From contig JBHLRS010000002.1 of assembly GCA_048882325.1 (NCBI GenBank), forward strand, positions 96,001 through 160,000: 64,000 bases of DNA. The letters run 5' to 3'. Origin of the DNA: Candidatus Thorarchaeota archaeon (GTDB lineage: Archaea > Asgardarchaeota > Thorarchaeia > Thorarchaeales > Thorarchaeaceae). Made by a program: the position numbers and the translations under genes. Shown piece after piece: positions 28,279 through 37,316 of the stretch; within the stretch, counting starts at the first letter, position 1, and each line of letters begins with the position of its first letter. The notes below the pieces were generated by a model. That model ran no database searches and was not told where the DNA came from. It worked only from the letters and a program-made list of their open reading frames with translations.

Positions 28279-29841
28279 ATGATTTCAAATGAACGGGTCC
28301 TAGTCATTGATTATGGAGGGCAATATACACATCTTATCTCGCGGCGTTGCAGGGAACTTGGCGTGTATGCTGAGATAATCCATCAAGAGTCAAAATTCGA
28401 TGAGGACAGTTTCATAGGAGTGAAGGGGGTAATTCTTTCCGGAGGACCTCGGACTGTAACACCATCGGACCTTGACACGACATTCAAAGAGAATTTCGTT
28501 CAATTTCAAATGCTGAATATCAAAATATTAGGTATCTGCTTTGGTCATCAACTTCTTGCAGTCCATATGGGAGCCAAACTCGCAGCAGGTGGTAATCCAG
28601 AATATGGGTCGACTGATATTGAAACTGTTGGAAAAGAAATTCTCCTCCGAGGGCTTGATAAGAAGCAATCCGTTTGGATGAGCCACAGTGACGAAGTTGT
28701 TGAACTACCTGATGGAATGATTGTTCTAGCAAAGAGTGGTGACAACCGAATAGCTGCCTATTGTGATGATGCTCACAAGGTCTTTGGAGTTCAGTTTCAT
28801 CCAGAGGTGACTCACACCTCAAATGGTATGACTGTACTCAATAGCTTTCTCAGGGAGATTTGCAGGTACCAAGAATTTTGGAAACCAGAAGATCAAATAG
28901 CGGATATACTCGACTATGTGAAGCGAACTGTCGGAGATGCTCGAGTCCTAATGGGAACGAGTGGTGGTGTTGATTCCACTGTTGCAGCTTATCTAATAAG
29001 AGAAGCTATCGGTAGCCATCTATTCTGTGTCTTCGTCGATAATGGTCTTTTGAGAAATGGAGAGAGAGAGGAGGTTGAATCAGCATTCTGTGAAATGGGC
29101 TTCGACAATTTTGTGACTCTTGATGCTGGTGATGAGTTTGTCGCTGCACTGGAGGGCGTTGAGGATCCTGAAGAGAAAAGAACGATAATTGCAGACAAGT
29201 TCATCGAGGTCTTTGAACGAAAAGCTAAGGAACTCGAGGAGGATTCTGGTCCCTTCGAATTCTTGGGCCAGGGAACAATATATCCCGACAGAGTTGAAAG
29301 TGCTGCAACAGGAAAAGACACTGCTGTCATCAAAAGTCACCATAATGTCCGTTTGCCAGATTGGATGAAGCTGAAACTAGTGGAACCTTTGCGTAATCTC
29401 TACAAAGATGAGGTTAGACAGGTGGGTCTTAAAATCGGAATCCCAAAACGTATGATTGAACGCCAACCATTTCCGGGACCATCTCTAGCTATAAGAATTG
29501 GTGGACTAGTAACTCACGAACAGCTTACCCTTCTTCGACAGGCTGATTCTATCCTGCAAGGAACACTCGTAGCTGACCCGATGTATCCATCAATCTGGCA
29601 ATCATTTTGTGTTCTTCTCCCAATCAGATCAGTCGGTGTTATGGGAGATGAACGCACGTACGACCAAGCTATCGCAATCAGGATTGTTGAAAGCAGAGAC
29701 GCTATGACTGCCTCAGTAAGTACACTACCTTGGCCAGTTCTCCTCAAAGTCGCATCTAGGATTGCCAACGAGGTCGAGGGAATCAATCGAGTAGTCTATG
29801 ATCTAACCTCTAAACCTCCTGGTACAATAGAGTGGTACTAG
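28279..29841 (+). CDS. guaA: GMP synthase (fused GATase + ATP-PPase)
   Basis: ILSGGP, GICFGHQ, QFHPEV, SGGVDS, QGTIYPD, IKSHHN, PFPGP, SKPPGTIEW. Confidence 0.96.
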   Translation: MISNERVLVIDYGGQYTHLISRRCRELGVYAEIIHQESKFDEDSFIGVKGVILSGGPRTVTPSDLDTTFKENFVQFQMLNIKILGICFGHQLLAVHMGAKLAAGGNPEYGSTDIETVGKEILLRGLDKKQSVWMSHSDEVVELPDGMIVLAKSGDNRIAAYCDDAHKVFGVQFHPEVTHTSNGMTVLNSFLREICRYQEFWKPEDQIADILDYVKRTVGDARVLMGTSGGVDSTVAAYLIREAIGSHLFCVFVDNGLLRNGEREEVESAFCEMGFDNFVTLDAGDEFVAALEGVEDPEEKRTIIADKFIEVFERKAKELEEDSGPFEFLGQGTIYPDRVESAATGKDTAVIKSHHNVRLPDWMKLKLVEPLRNLYKDEVRQVGLKIGIPKRMIERQPFPGPSLAIRIGGLVTHEQLTLLRQADSILQGTLVADPMYPSIWQSFCVLLPIRSVGVMGDERTYDQAIAIRIVESRDAMTASVSTLPWPVLLKVASRIANEVEGINRVVYDLTSKPPGTIEWY

Positions 29842-29903
29842 TTTTAATTCTAAACCACAGACTTAGAAGGGAGGGTGTTGACCTATTTCAGAGGAATGCA
29901 ATT

Positions 29904-31049
29904 ATGAGAGGCAAGCTAGTCTATCCATATTCTAATGCATTACTGGAGTATGAATTCAAAAAAGATCATCCATTAAAACCGGATAGACTTAAGCTGACCT
30001 ACATACTCTCTGAACTACTTGGATTGATTGACAGAGTAGACCTACAGGAACCAACACTTGCGACGAGAGCAGATTTGGAGCTCTTTCATTCTCCAGAGTA
30101 TATCGACGCTGTAGAGGATAGTGGAACTAACAACAACATTCACCCTCAGTATGGTTTAGGGACAGCAGACAATCCCGTTTTTCCGCTGATACATGAAACT
30201 GGAGCGAGGTATGTTGGAGCAACATTGGATGCAATGAGAGCGATGATAGATGGAGCGTCCAATGCGTTCTGCATTTCAGGAGGACTTCATCATGCCCATA
30301 AGAGCCAAGCATCTGGCTTCTGCATCTACAACGATGTGGTGATAGCAATCAATATGCTTCATAAAAAGAAGAAAGCTAAGGTTTTGTACTTCGATTTTGA
30401 TGCGCATCATGGTGATGGAGTCCAGACTGCGTTCTATGGTTCTAAAGATGTTATGACAATTTCTGTGCATCAAACAGGCAAAACTCTCTTTCCAGGTTCT
30501 GGTTTCATCTATGAAACCGGAGGTGCAGAGGGGGCGGGATATTCGGTAAATATACCACTTCTCCCTGGAGCAGGAACACCAGAATTAATCCGAGTGTTTA
30601 ATGACGTTGTTGTTCCACTCTTCGAATCATTCAACCCCGATCTTCTTGTTACACAACTAGGTGTTGATGGACACTATCTAGACCCACTAGCCAACCTGGC
30701 GTTCACATCCCACGGATATGAAACTGTTGTTCGGGATTTAAGAGATATGGCAGCAAAATCCTGCGACATGGGCTGGTTAGCAGTGGGTGGAGGAGGTTAT
30801 CACCCTGTCAATGTTGCACGTCTGTGGACTCTCTTTCTGGCAGTGATGCTTGATGAGGATGTGCCACGAAAAATACCTGATGAGTTCAAGCATGTGTGTC
30901 ATCAAATGGGCTATCGTGACATCCCTGAACTGATGAGAGATGAAGATGAGGTTGTCCAAATGTACTTGGAAAGAGAATATGTTACATTGGACTTGGAACG
31001 AGTACTTCGAAAAGTGAACGAGCTAGTCTTCCCATATCATGGTCTCTAG
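29904..31049 (+). CDS. Zn-dependent histone deacetylase/AcuC family protein
   Basis: HPLKPDR, GGLHHA, SGFCIYND, DFDAHHGDG, QLGVD, DPL, GGGGY. Start moved to ATG 29904. Confidence 0.92.
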   Translation: MRGKLVYPYSNALLEYEFKKDHPLKPDRLKLTYILSELLGLIDRVDLQEPTLATRADLELFHSPEYIDAVEDSGTNNNIHPQYGLGTADNPVFPLIHETGARYVGATLDAMRAMIDGASNAFCISGGLHHAHKSQASGFCIYNDVVIAINMLHKKKKAKVLYFDFDAHHGDGVQTAFYGSKDVMTISVHQTGKTLFPGSGFIYETGGAEGAGYSVNIPLLPGAGTPELIRVFNDVVVPLFESFNPDLLVTQLGVDGHYLDPLANLAFTSHGYETVVRDLRDMAAKSCDMGWLAVGGGGYHPVNVARLWTLFLAVMLDEDVPRKIPDEFKHVCHQMGYRDIPELMRDEDEVVQMYLEREYVTLDLERVLRKVNELVFPYHGL

Positions 31050-31669
31050 ACACCATCAGTTGACGTGAGAGCAACATCAATCCACTTTCGTATCATCTTA
31101 ACAACCAAATCTGATGCAGTAGCCATTATCACTGAGTCGGCATCTTCACTTAGTAATGAGGATGGATCTACTCCTGATTTTGCTACTCTAAGAAGTGAAG
31201 GATAACAAAGAAATCCCAGCCCTTCAACAATGTCTAGATTGTCAGAACCACTCACCTTCAATCTGGTGCCTAATACTTCGTAAGGGACAACCTTTGGATC
31301 ACTGTCACAGATTGCAACGAGTGTTTCATTGTCTGCAACAATGGTCACGTCTGGCTCAATGCATTCATCATAAACTGAAATCTTCCCTCTATCAAAGACT
31401 ACAGAGTATTCGTCATTGGTATCTGAGGTCCTAAGACAAATCGTAAGGTCCTTGAATGAGTCAGTCACTGAACTTATGTGTTCTTCGAACTCATCCTCTG
31501 ACATTTTATGGAGTTCTTGTGCCTTCTCAACACTCACATTTAAGGCTGCTCGACATCCATCAACCACTGGTCCTAGGTATTCCATAAGCATGAACTGATC
31601 AGTGTTGATGTTTTGAGAGATATGACGTAGACTTCTCCCAAGACTCTTTGGTTGCTCATCATCACTCAT
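31046..31669 (-). CDS. SCP2 (sterol carrier protein 2)-like domain protein
   Basis: Central YSVVFDRGKISV...EPDVTIVADNETLVAI...LKVSGS resembles the SCP2 pattern. Confidence 0.55.
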   Translation of the reverse strand: MSDDEQPKSLGRSLRHISQNINTDQFMLMEYLGPVVDGCRAALNVSVEKAQELHKMSEDEFEEHISSVTDSFKDLTICLRTSDTNDEYSVVFDRGKISVYDECIEPDVTIVADNETLVAICDSDPKVVPYEVLGTRLKVSGSDNLDIVEGLGFLCYPSLLRVAKSGVDPSSLLSEDADSVIMATASDLVVKMIRKWIDVALTSTDGV

Positions 31670-31782
31670 TTAATCAGCTCAAACGGAAGTAGCCATCGTA
31701 GTATTTAGAGGTGCTGATTAAGTGGGTATTCGTAACACATTGATAGAAAAGTGATTTAGTGAACCAAAACACGGGTTGTCTG

Positions 31783-32538
31783 ATGACCACGGATATACAC
31801 ACTCATCTAGGAATGGGTCATAATGAACTTGCAGAGGTCACCATCGACAACTTCACAGAGCATGTGGACATACTCATTTCAAGAATGGACACATTTGGTA
31901 TAGATAGGGCAGTCTTGACACCTCATGAGCCATTCATAAGTACAGATCTCTACCTTGAAGCTACAAACATCTATCCAGACCGATTATTCTCAGCATGTTC
32001 TATTGTTCCAAGACCAATGGATCTTGCTAAGAAGAAGCTTCATGAATATATTGACAAAGGATGTAAAGCTCTAGTTCTCGATGAAAACACCTATCATCCC
32101 AGAGACCCTGCTGCAGAATCTTTGCTCTATGAGGCGGTTAGAAAAGAATTACCAGTTTACATAAACAATGACATCATGACTAGTGAAACCATAACGTTCT
32201 TGGATCGAACCTCAATCCTTCATGCTGATGGGAAGTTTGTGATTCTGAATATGGGCGGATTGTTTGGATTCCCTCAGATCATTCCGTTGATGTCAAGACC
32301 AAATATCTGGCTTGAGTTGTCTACGACATTCTTCAAACTGGTTGAGTCTCCTCTACGAGTGTTCCTTGACGCTGTGGTCCAAGACTTCGGAGTACGCAAA
32401 CTTGTCTTTGGATCTGGTTACCACAGCCAGTACCCCGATCTGATGGCTGCCTTGAACATGATTGATTTGAATATTGAAACAAGTAGACTCATCATGAAGG
32501 AGAATGCATGGCTTATACTTGGTTTGGCATTCTTTTGA
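31783..32538 (+). CDS. Amidohydrolase_2-family TIM-barrel protein with degenerate metal site
   Basis: DIHTH, MD.FGIDRAVL, LPVYI, NIWLELS, KLVFGSGY. Confidence 0.75.
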   Translation: MTTDIHTHLGMGHNELAEVTIDNFTEHVDILISRMDTFGIDRAVLTPHEPFISTDLYLEATNIYPDRLFSACSIVPRPMDLAKKKLHEYIDKGCKALVLDENTYHPRDPAAESLLYEAVRKELPVYINNDIMTSETITFLDRTSILHADGKFVILNMGGLFGFPQIIPLMSRPNIWLELSTTFFKLVESPLRVFLDAVVQDFGVRKLVFGSGYHSQYPDLMAALNMIDLNIETSRLIMKENAWLILGLAFF

Positions 32539-32540
32539 TT

Positions 32541-32885
32541 CTAACCAGACAGCACCGTCTGATGCAATAGAAGCTCAATGTCTTCTGACCGAGGAAGTCC
32601 GATCAACTGTGAATTTCCAATCAATATCAATGGCAGTGCGATGACATTCAAAGCTTCAACTATCTCTGGTTGTTCATCCACAGATGTTTCAACCACTTCA
32701 ATGGGAACGTCAAACTTGTGAAATTTCCCAGCAGCCTCTCGAGCCGCTTCAAGAGCCTCGAAGCAAAACGCGCAAGAGGAGCTAGTAAAGACATTGATCT
32801 TTAGTGACTCTGAATTGTCGAAGAATGTATCCAACATATTCAACCTAGCTAATTCATTTCCACGCATCATATGCTCGTACTCCAA
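32541..32885 (-). CDS. Thioredoxin/glutaredoxin-like protein
   Basis: VFTSSSCAFC CxxC motif, cis-Pro NVIALP, IGLP. Confidence 0.8.
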   Translation of the reverse strand: MEYEHMMRGNELARLNMLDTFFDNSESLKINVFTSSSCAFCFEALEAAREAAGKFHKFDVPIEVVETSVDEQPEIVEALNVIALPLILIGNSQLIGLPRSEDIELLLHQTVLSG

Positions 32886-32915
32886 AGATGTATGTACTGT
32901 AGTTGTTCACTCGTC

Positions 32916-33161
32916 CTACTCTGCGAAGACGGGTGGTTTCAAACGAACATGTTCTGACACAGAGTCAACAGCTCTTAGTGGGATAGCCTCCCAGGATCCA
33001 TTTTGCTCTGGTTGATTTCCACGTTCAACAATGACAAGAGGCCCATTGGATTCATCAAACCACACCTTCTTGACTTTGCCAAGGGGGAATCCTCTGAAGT
33101 CAGTGACGATCTTTCCTTTCAGTAACCATTTCATCTCTTCGCTTTCCATTGTGCTCAACAA
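32916..33161 (-). CDS. Small PRC-barrel domain protein
   Basis: LKGKIVTDFRGFPLGKVKKVWFD...IP...V..V.E.V.LK is the PRC-barrel pattern. Start probably ATG 33149 or 33134. Confidence 0.75.
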   Translation of the reverse strand: MLSTMESEEMKWLLKGKIVTDFRGFPLGKVKKVWFDESNGPLVIVERGNQPEQNGSWEAIPLRAVDSVSEHVRLKPPVFAE

Positions 33162-33256
33162 GATGATTGCTACTTAGATATAGAAGAGCGTGTGTACTAC
33201 GTGGACTATTCGAGCGTAACACTGACTTGGGTTGAAAAATCAAGCCTCATTCGCTT

Positions 33257-33850
33257 TTATTTTTCAGAATATTCATCCTGATTCTCTTCTTCATCATAGC
33301 CCCACTCTACTATAGTGTCACTATCAGTAGGCAGGAATGTACCGGGAACAATATAACCAGCAATACCCATAATCAGACCGAGGATGTTCATCGAGCCTCC
33401 AATAGTAATCCAAAGTCGAGAATCACTAATTTGCTTGAGCCCTAGGTCAATCAGATTGACGCCATCGAGTTGGTCTATTCTGACAGTATAGTTACCATAT
33501 GGTATATCGATTAAAGTACTGCCCTCATAGAAGATTGCATCGGGCGTCTCAATCAGATTATCTTCATCTAACGTTAAATTAACAATGATCGTATCTAGAG
33601 ATGCATTCTCAAATAGAACCAATCCTATGTTCACTACCGATGAGTTTCCGGGTCTCAACGAAACAGAAACCTCAAGCTGTTCATGGTATCCATCTTTGGC
33701 CCAAATGTCAAAAGTCCGTTGTTCATTTTCAGTGACCGAGAAGTTGATGTAGTGATATGGTGATGTGTATACAATAGCCCCACCAATGAGAATGATTATC
33801 GCACCACCGAAGTAGAGAAATGCTTTCTTACTAAACCAAACACTGCCCAT
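33257..33850 (-). CDS. Membrane protein with two TM helices flanking a beta-rich, sequon-rich ectodomain
   Basis: TM1 AFLYFGGAIIILIGGAIVY, beta-rich domain with five N-x-S/T sites, TM2, acidic tail. Start moved to ATG 33850. Confidence 0.7.
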   Translation of the reverse strand: MGSVWFSKKAFLYFGGAIIILIGGAIVYTSPYHYINFSVTENEQRTFDIWAKDGYHEQLEVSVSLRPGNSSVVNIGLVLFENASLDTIIVNLTLDEDNLIETPDAIFYEGSTLIDIPYGNYTVRIDQLDGVNLIDLGLKQISDSRLWITIGGSMNILGLIMGIAGYIVPGTFLPTDSDTIVEWGYDEEENQDEYSEK

Positions 33851-33930
33851 CGATTTCAACCGAATAAATGTCGTTGGTCTGAGAATATAGATGTAACGAC
33901 CTATGTAATCACGTGATGAGGAATTCAAAA

Positions 33931-35604
33931 ATGACCGATTTCATATGTCTTGCAGAGGTCCTTGATGACATTAGTAAGACAAAGAAACGGAACGAAAAAG
34001 TCACATTAGCGGCTGAGTTTCTACGTAAGGTCAACTTTGAGGAGATTAGTGTTGCCGCTCTCTTTTTGAGTGGAAAAGTTTTTGCTGAGAGTGATCCAAG
34101 GACACTCAATATCTCTTGGAGGGGATTGCTAAACACACTCAAGAAGGTTGCTGACATTGGCGACGAAGCAATTTCATCAGTGTATGAAGGAGACATTGGT
34201 GAAGCAGTCGCTAAGATTCTCGAAGATATGAAGAGCTCTCGTCAATCCACATTATTCTCTGAAACCTTGTCTATACTCTCCGTCAGCCAAACCTTGGACA
34301 AAATCGCTGCTGCACAAGGCATAGGATCAATGAAGGAGAAACTATCACTGCTCACAGGGCTCTTTATGGATGCATCCCCGAGAGAAGCTAGATATCTCAC
34401 TGCCATTGTTCTTGAGGACATGAGGACTGGTCTATCAGAAGGTTTGCTCGCTGATACAATCGCAATAGGGTTCGACATAGAACCATCTCTAGTACGACGA
34501 GCTTGGAGTTTCAACGGTGACCTCGGAGTAGTGGCTAGACTTGCAGCCGAAGGAGGAGCAAAAGCACTTCAATCCGTCACAATTCAATTAATGCGAGGCG
34601 TTAAACCGATGCTCGCCGGTCCTATACAGGACATCAAATCACTATTTGAGAATCATCCAGAGGTGTTCTCGTTTGAGTTCAAACTTGACGGTGCGCGAGT
34701 TCAGATTCACAAGAAGGAAAGTGAGATTCGTCTATTCTCCAGAAGATTAAGTGATGTGACGGATAGTCTCCCTGATATTGTTGACCTAATCAAAAAGAGT
34801 GTCAAAGCTGATGATGCCATTCTTGATGGTGAGGTTCTTGCTGTGGATGACACAGGAAAACCGTTTCCATTTCAGACGGTGATGAGAAGGTTTGGACGAA
34901 CCCGGGATATCGAAGATGCTTTCAAAGACACACAACTAGTACTCATTGTCTTTGATTTGCTATTCCTAGATGGTACACAGCTGGTCGACGAAACTTACAT
35001 GAACCGCAGGAAAAGGTTGGAAGAAATAGTTACATCTAATCTGCTTGTTGATAGAGTTGTAACAAATGATGTTTCCAGGGCAGAGGACTTCTTTGAAAAG
35101 AGCCAACAATTAGGCCATGAAGGTCTGGTAGCGAAAAGTCTTGAATCCCCATACACTCCAGGATCTAGAGGTAAACATTGGTTTAAGATTAAACATACAC
35201 TGGAAACTCTGGATCTGGTCATCGTCGCTGCTGAATGGGGGCATGGAAGACGAAAAGATTGGTTATCCGACTATCATCTTGCTGTACTCGATGAAGAGTC
35301 GGGAGAGTTCTTGGTTGTTGGGAAAACATACAAAGGATTCACTGATGATGAATTTAAGGAGATTACAAAGACTCTGCTAGAATTAGAGGTGTCTTCGCAT
35401 CGGCATGTAGTTCAGGTAAGACCAGAAATTGTCGTAGAAGTGATAGCTTCAGAGGTTCAAGAGAGTCCAACTTATGAATCTGGATTGGCGTTACGGTTCG
35501 CACGGATAAACAGAATTCGTGAGGACAAAGGGCCAATGGATGCTATGACATTGCAGGAGCTAAAGGCAGTCTATGATAAGCAGTTCCGCTACAAAGCACG
35601 CTGA
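33931..35604 (+). CDS. lig: ATP-dependent DNA ligase
   Basis: KPMLA, EFKLDGARVQIH (motif I), ILDGEV, VFDLL, EGLVAK, WFKIK, LDLV, LRFARI..IREDK. Confidence 0.96.
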   Translation: MTDFICLAEVLDDISKTKKRNEKVTLAAEFLRKVNFEEISVAALFLSGKVFAESDPRTLNISWRGLLNTLKKVADIGDEAISSVYEGDIGEAVAKILEDMKSSRQSTLFSETLSILSVSQTLDKIAAAQGIGSMKEKLSLLTGLFMDASPREARYLTAIVLEDMRTGLSEGLLADTIAIGFDIEPSLVRRAWSFNGDLGVVARLAAEGGAKALQSVTIQLMRGVKPMLAGPIQDIKSLFENHPEVFSFEFKLDGARVQIHKKESEIRLFSRRLSDVTDSLPDIVDLIKKSVKADDAILDGEVLAVDDTGKPFPFQTVMRRFGRTRDIEDAFKDTQLVLIVFDLLFLDGTQLVDETYMNRRKRLEEIVTSNLLVDRVVTNDVSRAEDFFEKSQQLGHEGLVAKSLESPYTPGSRGKHWFKIKHTLETLDLVIVAAEWGHGRRKDWLSDYHLAVLDEESGEFLVVGKTYKGFTDDEFKEITKTLLELEVSSHRHVVQVRPEIVVEVIASEVQESPTYESGLALRFARINRIREDKGPMDAMTLQELKAVYDKQFRYKAR

Positions 35605-35681
35605 AACCAGTTTATATACGAACTATAGGTAACAAGACAGTGGAGCTGTTCGACAAATATCGGATAGCAGGGGGCATTTGA

Positions 35682-36770
35682 TTGAGGGCGAAGGGCAAAT
35701 CCCAGAGACTGTCACATCTAATTCCGAAGTTCCATTTCTGCTCAGTTCCATTGTTTCGAGAAGAACCTCTGATTAATTGGACTTACACGGACGCTGTTCT
35801 GTTCACTGCTTATGATGTATACCGGTCTCACGATTTCTGGTTAGATAAGGTCGTAAGCTCAGGTGCAACTCTTAAAGAAGCGTTAGTAGACCTCGGTTTT
35901 CCGAAGGCCAACTCACTTGTGGTTGACACAGGTGTTTTTGAAATGGAAGCAAAGAAAGCAGGTATATCTAGAGATCTTGGAATCGACATAGACATTGAAT
36001 TGACAAATGCTCAGATCTTCGAAGCATACGAGCTATCAGGTGCTGATTTCTATGTCGCACCAGATGAGATCATCCTTCCATTGGATAGTCCTGAGGTTAC
36101 AAACAGGAAAATTAAGATCATAAAGTCAAATCTATTGGAGCTACTGGAGATGATACCAGCCCCACAGATCATCTCAGTAGTTCAAGGCCACCAACAAGAG
36201 GTTGTTAATGACCTTCTGGACTTCTATCGGGAAAATGGGATAAGATATTTCGCTATTGGGGGAGTGATTCCTTTATATCATTTTGATAAGCAATTGCTAG
36301 AGAAGCATTTGGACTATGTGAGGATGTCAACGAGAAATGAGTGGCTCCACATTTTTGGATTACCTAGCATATCATTGCTATCGTATTATCTACAAAGAGT
36401 GAGAGTTGATAGTGTTGACACATCAACCATTACCTATCTTACTGCGCGTCGGAAGTATCTCGTTGGTCTAAAATCCGAACCTATTCGATTGGCAGATTTC
36501 GAGGAATGCTCTTGCCCAGGATGTCATGTTCTGTCTAGAGAAACGTCATCTAGGAGTAAAGCTTTCTTCGCAAATCTGTATATTCACAACATATTGACTG
36601 CTACAAGAGAGAGCATGAGGAAGTATAATCCCATACCAACCATGCCAAAGCAGAAAAAAACAGTGAAACGTTCAGCAGGAAACTGGGAAACTCCTATTGA
36701 TAATGGGAACTCAGATTGGAAGACAGCTGAAGAGGCTATTCAAGACCGGGAGCGAAGACAGTCCGTGTAA
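35682..36770 (+). CDS. tRNA-guanine transglycosylase (TGT/ArcTGT/DpdA) superfamily catalytic domain, no PUA domain
   Basis: VDTGVF, PD, VVQG, AIGGVIPL, LHIFG, VDSVDT, CSCPGC...HN zinc site. Confidence 0.8.
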   Translation: MRAKGKSQRLSHLIPKFHFCSVPLFREEPLINWTYTDAVLFTAYDVYRSHDFWLDKVVSSGATLKEALVDLGFPKANSLVVDTGVFEMEAKKAGISRDLGIDIDIELTNAQIFEAYELSGADFYVAPDEIILPLDSPEVTNRKIKIIKSNLLELLEMIPAPQIISVVQGHQQEVVNDLLDFYRENGIRYFAIGGVIPLYHFDKQLLEKHLDYVRMSTRNEWLHIFGLPSISLLSYYLQRVRVDSVDTSTITYLTARRKYLVGLKSEPIRLADFEECSCPGCHVLSRETSSRSKAFFANLYIHNILTATRESMRKYNPIPTMPKQKKTVKRSAGNWETPIDNGNSDWKTAEEAIQDRERRQSV

Positions 36771-36843
36771 GAATATACATTGACCACAGCTTTTATAGGT
36801 ACAACCTGTCGGGAATGGAATATACGCATAGGAGTACTCTGCT

Positions 36844-37233
36844 ATGTGGCTAGAGATAACGTTAATCCCATTCATCATATTATTGATAGTATTCTTCATC
36901 TTCTGGATTGTCCATGAAGGTTCTAGGTGGCAGAAGCATCCACAATTTGGTGTCTTTGCTAGGTTCATCCAAAAGTCCCCAAAGAGAGAATTTCTTACAT
37001 TCCTTGTAATGTTTATCCTAATGGTCCCATCGCTACTTCTTGTGATGACAGGGATGTGGTTGGACGCTCTTGGTACTGATCTTGGACCTCAGAGAGTTGA
37101 TGTTGTAAACATTATGCTGATTATGTTCCTTGTGTTGGCATTCTCCTTTGTACCGATGTGGGGCTCCCTTGGTACATGGCGTAATGCTAGACGAGCCGAA
37201 GCTGAAATGAAGGTACGACCTACTGGAATGTAG
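36844..37233 (+). CDS. Hypothetical 3-TM membrane protein
   Basis: AGGAG SD and three hydrophobic segments. Confidence 0.7.
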   Translation: MWLEITLIPFIILLIVFFIFWIVHEGSRWQKHPQFGVFARFIQKSPKREFLTFLVMFILMVPSLLLVMTGMWLDALGTDLGPQRVDVVNIMLIMFLVLAFSFVPMWGSLGTWRNARRAEAEMKVRPTGM

Positions 37234-37316
37234 GATTTCACTGGAAGTTGGCTGATAGTCCATATATATCGGACTATCCTGCCAATTTGATTTTCCAAGT
37301 CCTGAGGTGAGGAAGA

